A DNA stretch of 21,714 bases from NCBI GenBank assembly GCA_944392815.1, contig CALXXY010000009.1, positions 1 to 21,714 of the forward strand, given 5' to 3'. The notes under the pieces were generated by a model, which ran no database searches, was not told the DNA's origin, and saw only the letters and a program-made list of their open reading frames with translations. This document shows positions 1 to 6,816 of this stretch, piece by piece (position 1 is the first letter of the stretch; each line of letters opens with the position of its first letter). The DNA comes from an uncultured Alphaproteobacteria bacterium. Its GTDB lineage: Bacteria > Pseudomonadota > Alphaproteobacteria > Rs-D84. The translations under genes and the position numbers were made by a program.

Positions 1-191
1 GAAGTGTGGCAGACGCACTTTATATTTACTCCGCCATTTGGCGGGGTTTTGTTTACATTCCGCTTCCTTCGCGTCTGTGACGCTTCGGGTGGCAAGCCGA
101 AGCGGAACAGTTCACGCGAAGGAGTGCCACACGAAGTTTTAACGAAGTGTGGCAGACGCACTTTATATTCACTATCCCGCCGAATGGCGGG
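1..191. repeat. Direct repeat (26 bp, period 143 bp) within a highly palindromic REP-like unit; first copy truncated by the window edge
   Basis: gaagtgtggcagacgcactttatatt at 1-26 and 144-169, each followed by a GC hairpin (ccgccatttggcgg 31-44; cccgccgaatggcggg 176-191). Internal stems 65-74/114-123, 81-88/97-104, 125-132/147-154. Confidence 0.8.
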
Positions 192-200
192 TTTAATTTT

Positions 201-340
201 TGGTCGGTGACGATGGTTCAATCATGCAACCAGCGGTTGCTGGTTCGAAAACAAGTAGATTTGACAAGCACCTGCGCAGTCAAATCGTCACGGTTTCCCC
301 GCAGGCGCAACGGCGCCGAGGGAATCAGCTGCCCCAACCA
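201..340. repeat. 140-bp structured element with imperfect terminal inverted repeats resembling tRNA 3' ends (MITE-like or ncRNA)
   Basis: Ends tggtcggtgacgatggttc / gaatcagctgccccaacca pair at 14 of 19 positions (one G-T). Both strands end in ...ACCA. Internal stems gatttgac/gtcaaatc (258-265/279-286), ttccc/gggaa and ggcgc/gcgcc. Confidence 0.5.
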
Positions 341-348
341 AGATAGAC

Positions 349-373
349 AAACCCGCCGATAAAGGCGGTTTTT
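349..373. terminator. Intrinsic terminator-like hairpin, probably bidirectional
   Basis: aaac-ccgcc-gataaa-ggcgg-ttttt. Confidence 0.65.
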
Positions 374-456
374 AATTTGTTTTCTAATGTTTACAGCGAG
401 TTCGAAAGTTTGTTTTCAAGATTGCTATTTTCCTACCACTTTCGAACTTTTTTAGA

Positions 457-999
457 TTATTTATTAATCCCTAAATCTTTCATTTGTGATAAAAGCGACA
501 TATCAAGATTTTTTGAAACAGGCTTATACAATTCAAAATTATCCTTGTTATTAACAAGTTCTGTCCATATATCGCTACGGTCTTGTGGACAATCTATACC
601 CGGTTTTAGAACATATACTTTTATGTTTCCACTTGTTATTTCCTGCATAACATCAATTTCAATAACTCTTTTAATTGGTTTGTCCGTCAAGGAATAATAA
701 GTCCCATCGATGTCGCACTCAAAACCGTCAGAGTCTAATTCGTATATATATGCTTTTTTGCCAGAAATATCTTGGCTTAATTTTTGAACATACAAGATAT
801 CACTTGTTCTTGGGGATTTCCATCCGTCTGCTATCAGTCGCATACACGCATAATTTCTTGCACGAGCAAAATCAGGCGTTGCAAATACAGCTGTTATAGG
901 CGTGTTTGTTGTTGGTAAATATGCATCGCGGGCATGAATAACACCATTTGTTATTTTATGTTGTGAACCATGATAAAGAGTTTTTACTTTGTTTTCCAT
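457..999 (-). CDS. Hypothetical protein with ADP-ribosyltransferase-like motifs (Arr/DUF3990-like)
   Basis: 180 aa. LYHGS near the N-terminus, VFATPD..A..YA and AYIYEL..GF occur in the order seen in His-type ART folds such as rifampin ADP-ribosyltransferase Arr. AT-rich (16/60 GC in 481-540). Confidence 0.6.
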   Translation of the reverse strand: MENKVKTLYHGSQHKITNGVIHARDAYLPTTNTPITAVFATPDFARARNYACMRLIADGWKSPRTSDILYVQKLSQDISGKKAYIYELDSDGFECDIDGTYYSLTDKPIKRVIEIDVMQEITSGNIKVYVLKPGIDCPQDRSDIWTELVNNKDNFELYKPVSKNLDMSLLSQMKDLGINK

Positions 1000-1006
1000 G
1001 TTTGTA

Positions 1007-1015
1007 ATTATACCA
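1007..1015 (-). promoter_or_regulatory. Extended -10 promoter (TGGTATAAT), leaderless transcript likely
   Basis: Minus strand tggTATAAT-tacaaac-ATG; only 7 nt between the -10 and the start codon at 999; no SD. Confidence 0.5.
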
Positions 1016-1112
1016 TAAATCTGTGTTTAAAATCTATTATTTCTTGCCCGATTTCCAATAACTCGGCTCGCGAATTGCACAGACAGCACAACCAAAAATT
1101 AAACCCGCCCAC

Positions 1113-1141
1113 TTGTTCACAATCCAATTTTATGATATACT
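1113..1141 (+). promoter_or_regulatory. sigma70-type promoter
   Basis: TTGTTC (1113-1118), 17-bp spacer, TATACT (1136-1141) with TGn extension; ATG 9 nt downstream. Confidence 0.5.
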
Positions 1142-1150
1142 GCGCGGGTC

Positions 1151-1672
1151 ATGAATATACCAATGGACGAAATTTTTGCATTTCACGCGGCGCGCACAGG
1201 TTGCCACATAGACACCCTGAATTATTTCGCGCAATTAATTGGCTATCAATTTCCAGAACACGACAACGATAAAAATCTGGAACCATACCGCACAGGATAC
1301 GCATATATCAATTACGCCCGCCACCACCCAAATTGCACAGTATCGCCCCAGCAATTGGCCGCGTTTCAATCTGCGCACGACGAACATCACACTATGCAGC
1401 CGCACCACGTGCGCCACTATGCAACGATGGTCGATGTACCCGACGTCCGCATTATCGAAATGGTGTGCGATTGGTTCAGTGCTAATTTCGAAGAAAACGC
1501 CATTGTTCACACCAACACTTACGCGAACGTTATGGAATTTTTCGACAGAAAAATGGCGCCATTGGATTGGACGCCCCGTCAAACTAAATTCATTCGCGAC
1601 GCCATCGAAACAATTTCATCATGTGCAGATTATGACACAGTGCACAACATATGGCGCAAATTATCCGATTAA
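1151..1672 (+). CDS. DUF5662-like (HD-related) His-rich metal-binding protein
   Basis: 173 aa; motifs H..., HDxDK, AHDEHH..QPHH and IIEMVCDW match the pattern I recall for DUF5662. Confidence 0.65.
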   Translation: MNIPMDEIFAFHAARTGCHIDTLNYFAQLIGYQFPEHDNDKNLEPYRTGYAYINYARHHPNCTVSPQQLAAFQSAHDEHHTMQPHHVRHYATMVDVPDVRIIEMVCDWFSANFEENAIVHTNTYANVMEFFDRKMAPLDWTPRQTKFIRDAIETISSCADYDTVHNIWRKLSD

Positions 1673-1728
1673 AAATTCCCGACATCTTTCCTGTGGAATA
1701 AAATTTAAAAACATCGCATAATATCCAC

Positions 1729-2817
1729 ATGGGAAAACGAGAGATTTTTTACGCCCTGGCCGCGATAATCGGCATCATGGGCACGAACGGGGCAAATGCC
1801 TGTACGGGTATTACCCTGAAATCCAACGATGGTGGTGTTGTCACGGCGCGCACGATCGAGTGGGGCGAATCGGAAATGGAAAACATGTACACCATTGTTC
1901 CGCGCGATTATATCCAGCAATCCATGTTGCCCGGCGGCGAAATTGGTGGCATGGCATTTTCCAGCATGTACGGCTATGTCGGCCTGGCGGTGGTGCGTCC
2001 GGAATGGGTGGTTGACGGCATGAACGAAGCGGGCCTGACCGCGGGTCTGTTTTATTTCCCGGGCTATGGTGAATACCCGGAATACAATCCTGCGGATAAA
2101 GCAAACACCATTTCAGATTTTCAATTGGTGTCATGGATATTGTCGCGATTTTCAACCGTTGACCAGGTTAAAAACGCCATCGGCAACATTCGCGTCACCA
2201 GCATAGATCCCCGTGCGTCCACGGCGCACTGGCGCGTGACAGAACCGTCCGGCAAACAAATCATCATCGAAATCGTGGACGGCAAACCAAACGTATACGA
2301 CAGCGAACTGGGCGTTTTAACCAATTCGCCGGAATACCCATGGCAATTAAAAAATCTGAATAATTACGTCAATTTAATCCCTGGCACCGCGGGCCCGGTG
2401 CAATTCGGCCCAATTACATTGCGTGCATTTGGTGCGGGGTCGGGATTTCTGGGGTTGCCGGGTGATTTCACCCCGCCATCGCGATTCGTTCGCGCGGCAT
2501 TTTTGCAAAATTATTCTATCCCCCAGGATACATCATACAACGCCGCGATGCAGGCATTTCATATTCTGAATAATTTCGATGTCCCCCTGGGCACGGAATA
2601 TCCGGTTGGACGCGCGCCTGTTAATATGCCGTCCGCCACCCAGTGGACAATTGCAACGGACATGCACGACCGCATTGTGTATTATAACACTATGTATAAT
2701 CGCACATTGCGTTCGATTGATTTAAACGGCATTGATTTTGCGAATATAAAATTCCAATCATATCCATTGGATACAACAAAATCAGAAACCATTATCCCGG
2801 TGCAAATCCAGCGGTAA
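1729..2817 (+). CDS. Choloylglycine hydrolase family Ntn-hydrolase (bile salt hydrolase / penicillin V acylase), exported
   Basis: 362 aa. Signal peptide ends ANA immediately before the nucleophile CTG; motifs ARTIEW, DGMNEAGL, LTNSP, GLPGDFTPPSRFVRA and TQWT. Confidence 0.9.
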   Translation: MGKREIFYALAAIIGIMGTNGANACTGITLKSNDGGVVTARTIEWGESEMENMYTIVPRDYIQQSMLPGGEIGGMAFSSMYGYVGLAVVRPEWVVDGMNEAGLTAGLFYFPGYGEYPEYNPADKANTISDFQLVSWILSRFSTVDQVKNAIGNIRVTSIDPRASTAHWRVTEPSGKQIIIEIVDGKPNVYDSELGVLTNSPEYPWQLKNLNNYVNLIPGTAGPVQFGPITLRAFGAGSGFLGLPGDFTPPSRFVRAAFLQNYSIPQDTSYNAAMQAFHILNNFDVPLGTEYPVGRAPVNMPSATQWTIATDMHDRIVYYNTMYNRTLRSIDLNGIDFANIKFQSYPLDTTKSETIIPVQIQR

Positions 2818-2823
2818 AATAAA

Positions 2824-3396
2824 TCAGTGGTATTCAGCCCTGTGATGTGTCGGATTTTTTTCGACAAAATAAGTGACAAATCCGATAACAGCGAACACCA
2901 ACAAACCGCTTTGTAAAATTATGCCCATAAAATTGTGCATAAAAATATTATACACTATTAACAAAGAATTCGTCAGCAACCCAGCGAATCGATAAACCAA
3001 AACACTTTTTTGCCAAATCGCGATTGTAAAAATCATCGTTGAAAAATACGGCAACATAGACAACACCCCGTGCGCCGTAAACGCACTGCCGACCGTCAGC
3101 AACGTCACCCACAGCGCCAACAGCCAACAATCGGTGCGTGTAATTTTATCCCCTGCCCCTGGGGGCCGATGCGAATAAATGATATTGCTGGTGACATCAC
3201 GCGCGATTGCGATTGCGTTCATCGCCACAGCGACATACCCACCCAGCATAAAAAAACATAACGCAGACAATAAATTACTTAAAATAATCGCGACGAGTTG
3301 CCTGTGCCGATTATTGAAAAAATAAGTACTGCCCTGCAGCACCAGCGCACAGGTGATAAAAATCTGACTGATAATATACGGTAAATCAATCTCCAT
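2824..3396 (-). CDS. YgjV-family inner membrane protein
   Basis: Multi-pass hydrophobic protein (~190 aa from ATG 3396; the ORF track extends to a TTG at 3444). Patterns F.MLGG..A..MN.IAI.RD and LP....IFT.A.WQK....R are typical of YgjV-like proteins. Confidence 0.7.
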   Translation of the reverse strand: MEIDLPYIISQIFITCALVLQGSTYFFNNRHRQLVAIILSNLLSALCFFMLGGYVAVAMNAIAIARDVTSNIIYSHRPPGAGDKITRTDCWLLALWVTLLTVGSAFTAHGVLSMLPYFSTMIFTIAIWQKSVLVYRFAGLLTNSLLIVYNIFMHNFMGIILQSGLLVFAVIGFVTYFVEKNPTHHRAEYH

Positions 3397-3514
3397 TCCA
3401 ACGTCGCAGATAATTGTTGTACAGCCAAAGGAAAAAATAATCAAGCGAAATCATAAAAAACGTTGTATAATTACACTTACACAAAAACAGATAAAACAAC
3501 CAAGGGGAACACAC

Positions 3515-4753
3515 ATGAAAATCAAACCATTTGCAGGCGTCCGCCCACCGCGCGAATACGCCGCCGACGTTGCGTCACGCCCATACGACGTTCTGAATTC
3601 AGCCGAGGCCAAATCCGAAGCCACCGAAAAATCATTGCTGCACATCATCAAACCAGAAATAGATTTTGACCCCATTGCCGACGAACACAGCCAACCTGTG
3701 TACGACAAAGCCGTCGAAAATTTTAAACTGTGGCAGGAACGTGGCTGGTTAATCCAGGACGCCAAAGAAATGTATTACATATACGCCCAAACCATGAACG
3801 GCCACACACAATACGGATTGGTTGCGGCGGCGAACGTGGACGATTATATGTCCGGGAAAATTAAAAAACACGAATTAACCCGTCGCGACAAAGAAGACGA
3901 TCGTATGATTCATGTCCGCATACAAAACGCGAACATCGAACCTGTATTTTTTGCATACAACGACGTTGCCGAAATGAACCGGATTATTTCCGACTATGTT
4001 TCCACGCACGCGCCCGAATATGATTTTGTTGCCCCCGATGGTTTCGGCCATACATTTTGGAAAATAGACGACGATGCCATCATCAATCGCATCACAGAAA
4101 TATTCCACGATGTACCCGCCATGTACGTTGCCGACGGCCACCACAGAACAGCCGCCGCCGCACGCGTTGGTGCGGAACAGCGCGAACACAATCCCAATCA
4201 CACAGGCGACGAAGAATACAATTATTTTCTGGCGGTAATTTTCCCGGCCAGTCAATTAAACGTCATTGATTACAATCGTGTGGTGCGTGATTTAAACGGC
4301 CTGACGCCGGCGGAATTTTTGGATAAATTGCGCGACGCGTTCGATGTGGTTGAAATGGGGCCGGAAATATACAAACCGAACAAATTGCATAACTTTGGCA
4401 TGTACCTGGACGGCAAATGGTATTCATTAACGGCGCGTCCGGGCACATATAACGACGACGACCCAATTGGCGTATTGGACGTGACTGTACTGTCCAACCA
4501 GGTATTTGATAAAATATTAAACCTGGGGGATTTACGCACCAGTCAACGCATTGATTTTGTTGGCGGCATTCGTGGCCTGGGCGAATTACAGCGTCGTGTT
4601 GATTCCGGCGAAATGGCGGCGGCGTTTGCATTGTACCCCGTCACCATGCAGCAAATTATCAACATCGCAGACACAGGCAACATCATGCCGCCCAAAACGA
4701 CATGGTTCGAACCCAAACTGCGCAGTGGATTGGTAATACATAAATTGTCATAA
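3515..4753 (+). CDS. DUF1015 family protein
   Basis: 412 aa; IKPF.GVRP, ASRPYDV, IKKHELTR, YVADGHHRTAAA and MPPKTTWFEPKLRSGL. SD aggggaa upstream. Confidence 0.9.
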   Translation: MKIKPFAGVRPPREYAADVASRPYDVLNSAEAKSEATEKSLLHIIKPEIDFDPIADEHSQPVYDKAVENFKLWQERGWLIQDAKEMYYIYAQTMNGHTQYGLVAAANVDDYMSGKIKKHELTRRDKEDDRMIHVRIQNANIEPVFFAYNDVAEMNRIISDYVSTHAPEYDFVAPDGFGHTFWKIDDDAIINRITEIFHDVPAMYVADGHHRTAAAARVGAEQREHNPNHTGDEEYNYFLAVIFPASQLNVIDYNRVVRDLNGLTPAEFLDKLRDAFDVVEMGPEIYKPNKLHNFGMYLDGKWYSLTARPGTYNDDDPIGVLDVTVLSNQVFDKILNLGDLRTSQRIDFVGGIRGLGELQRRVDSGEMAAAFALYPVTMQQIINIADTGNIMPPKTTWFEPKLRSGLVIHKLS

Positions 4754-4785
4754 AAAACACCGCCCATTTGGGCGGTATTTTTATT
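4753..4785. terminator. Bidirectional intrinsic terminator; copy 1 of a 33-bp direct repeat
   Basis: aaaaac-accgccc-attt-gggcggt-atttttatt between convergent genes. Confidence 0.85.
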
Positions 4786-4800
4786 GTCTATCTCATGATA

Positions 4801-6651
4801 TTATCTCCACCCAGATGGCATTTGATCATAATCCGACAGGCCAGTTGCATTCCGGTACGTCCCTCCAGTGTAATCCGGCCAAATTTCATACAGATATTTG
4901 CCACCTATCCGTGCCGATGGCCCGGTAAGTGATGTACAGTTGGAAAACGTTCCTCCAAACATGCCATACTTTTCTGCCCCTGATATATCACCGAATAAAT
5001 TTTCGGGGATACTGGTTATTTGTGTGTTGGAAAAGGTTGAGTTAAACATACTCCCCGCCGGGGCACCGGATATACCCGCAAACAAACCATCGGTAATGCT
5101 GGTTATCGGTGTGTTATAAAACGTGCTGGCAAACATACTCTCCGCCGGGGCACCGGATATACCCGCAAACAAACCATCGGGTATACTGGTTATTTGGGTG
5201 TGGGCAAAGGTGCCGTAAAACATACTCCTCGCCGGGGCGCCAACTACCCCATCAAATAAACCGTCGGGAATACTGGTTATTTGTGTGTTGCGAAAGGTTG
5301 AGTTAAACATATTCTCCGCCGGGGTTATTGTGCCGGCGAACAACGGCCCCTCGATAGTGGTCAGGTCAGAACAGTTCCTAAACGCATCGGCAAACATATT
5401 TGGCGCACCATCACCCGTCAGGTTGCCAAACACATTTGTCGGAACACTGGTTATTTGGGTGTTGAAAAAGGTTGAGTTAAACATATACTCCGCCGGGGCA
5501 CCGGATATACCCGCAAACAAACCATCGGGTATACTGGTTATTTGGGTGTTATAAAACGTGCGGTAAAACATTCTACTCGCCGGGGCACCAACTATCCCAT
5601 CAAACAATCCATCGGGAATGCTGGTTATCGGTGTACTATAAAACGTACCCGCAAACATACCCAGCGCCGGGGCACCGGATATACCCGCAAACAAACCGTC
5701 GGGAATGCTGGTTATTCGTGTGTTGGCAAACGTGCGGTCAAACATATTCTCCGCCGGGGCACCGGATATACCCGCAAACAAACCATCGGGTATGCTGGTT
5801 ATCGGTGTGTCCTCAAACGTGCTGGCAAACATACTCGCCGCCGGGGCACCAACTATCCCATCAAATAATCCGTCGGGTATGCTGGTTATGCCGGCGTAGG
5901 TAAACGTACTCACAAACATACCCGGCACCGGGGCACCCGATACACCATCAAACAAATCCGCCGGTATTTCGGTTAAATTTGTGGTATTGCCAAACGCCGC
6001 CGCAAAATTCGGATTTGTTCCGTCCGGCAATGTAGAAAATATTTGCCCCAATTTCCCGGATATTTTGGCAACATTCGGCCCACTGTTCATCACAGAAAAC
6101 ACAATACCATCACCCGTTTCCATGTTTAATGTCGGATAACCAGTTGCACGGCCGGATAATTTTATTTCATATGTACCCGCCGTGGCATATGTGTGTTCAT
6201 ACACACCCATGCCAATCGTTTTGTTTAATATTTTTTCTGTGTTTCCATCACCCCAATCAATAACAAAATTGCCCGACGCACCAATCATCAGCATAAATGA
6301 TGTTGTATCCGGCGTGGTGGTGATGTAAAAAGGTTGACCACGTATTAAATTATCCATCGCGGTATTTGTGGCAATTGTATCCGCCGCCGCCAATGTGGCG
6401 TATTCACCATTGCCGTAATCTGTTGTTTTTTTACCGTTTAAATATGCATTCGCTATATCGACAACCGTCAACAGATATTTCATGTTCGCCGCAACCTGGG
6501 GATTTTTCAATGCGGGATTATATGGTAAATCTATACCCCAGCGGTTCAGCAACACCTTGTGCACGTATTCCACGTTTACCATTTCCGCCGAGTGTGCGAA
6601 TGGCACAAACATAAATAACGCAAATACCGCTGATAATATTTTCCGAAACAT
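4801..6651 (-). CDS. Secreted/surface protein: signal peptide, unknown N-domain, PKD-like domain, 12 BspA/LRR-like 29-aa repeats
   Basis: ATG 6651 (MFRKILSAVFALFMFVPFAHSA) behind a G-rich SD. PKD-like motif IDWGDG..HTYATAGTYEIKL. Repeats ITSIPDGLFxGIxGAPAxxMFxxTFxxTx. Confidence 0.8.
   Translation of the reverse strand: MFRKILSAVFALFMFVPFAHSAEMVNVEYVHKVLLNRWGIDLPYNPALKNPQVAANMKYLLTVVDIANAYLNGKKTTDYGNGEYATLAAADTIATNTAMDNLIRGQPFYITTTPDTTSFMLMIGASGNFVIDWGDGNTEKILNKTIGMGVYEHTYATAGTYEIKLSGRATGYPTLNMETGDGIVFSVMNSGPNVAKISGKLGQIFSTLPDGTNPNFAAAFGNTTNLTEIPADLFDGVSGAPVPGMFVSTFTYAGITSIPDGLFDGIVGAPAASMFASTFEDTPITSIPDGLFAGISGAPAENMFDRTFANTRITSIPDGLFAGISGAPALGMFAGTFYSTPITSIPDGLFDGIVGAPASRMFYRTFYNTQITSIPDGLFAGISGAPAEYMFNSTFFNTQITSVPTNVFGNLTGDGAPNMFADAFRNCSDLTTIEGPLFAGTITPAENMFNSTFRNTQITSIPDGLFDGVVGAPARSMFYGTFAHTQITSIPDGLFAGISGAPAESMFASTFYNTPITSITDGLFAGISGAPAGSMFNSTFSNTQITSIPENLFGDISGAEKYGMFGGTFSNCTSLTGPSARIGGKYLYEIWPDYTGGTYRNATGLSDYDQMPSGWR
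4930..5976 (-). repeat. Intragenic ~87-bp tandem repeat array (12 units)
   Basis: Recurrent cgccggggcaccggatatacccgcaaacaaacc(a/g)tcgg blocks at 87-bp multiples. Confidence 0.9.
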
Positions 6652-6783
6652 TACATTCCCCCCGGCCGAATCCAAACGGTGGTTTATTTTCGGCCTCTTT
6701 GTTCAGCACAAATTGTATTAGTTTTTACATAATAAAATCAAGCAGATTTCACCAACATCTCGCACATTTATAATCATACCGTC

Positions 6784-6816
6784 AAAAACACCGCCCATTT
6801 GGGCGGTGTTTTTATT
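6784..6816. terminator. Intrinsic terminator of the ppiD-like gene; copy 2 of the 33-bp direct repeat
   Basis: aaaaacaccgcccatttgggcggtgtttttatt, 32/33 identical to 4753-4785; overlaps the stop codon at 6812-6814. Confidence 0.85.

Noticed and set aside
1-169. CRISPR array from the 26-bp direct repeat
   Set aside because: Only two copies visible, the 117-bp spacer is far too long and itself palindromic, and there are no cas genes.
201-340. Intact or intron-containing tRNA gene
   Set aside because: T-arm-like and CCA-like parts exist, but there is no matching 5' acceptor strand or D-arm on either strand.
57-340. SRP RNA, tmRNA or RNase P RNA
   Set aside because: The diagnostic motifs (SRP CAGG..GGAAGGAAGCAGC, RNase P GAGGAAAGTCC, tmRNA ends) were not found.
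399-448. Integron attC site
   Set aside because: Lacks the RYYYAAC/GTTRRRY core boxes, and there is no integrase or cassette array.
4-697. Short ORFs 4-210, 147-362 and 377-697
   Set aside because: They use GTG/TTG starts across palindromic repeats or run antisense to the 457-999 gene; the shared MWQTHFIFT start is just the DNA repeat.
4930-5976. Diversity-generating retroelement acting on the repeat gene
   Set aside because: Some variable codons are NNC/NNT, but changes are not restricted to adenine positions, and there is no reverse transcriptase or separate template repeat in the window.
6658-6663. Phase-variable poly-G tract upstream of the repeat gene
   Set aside because: Only 6 nt and positioned as the ribosome-binding site; too short to support slippage.
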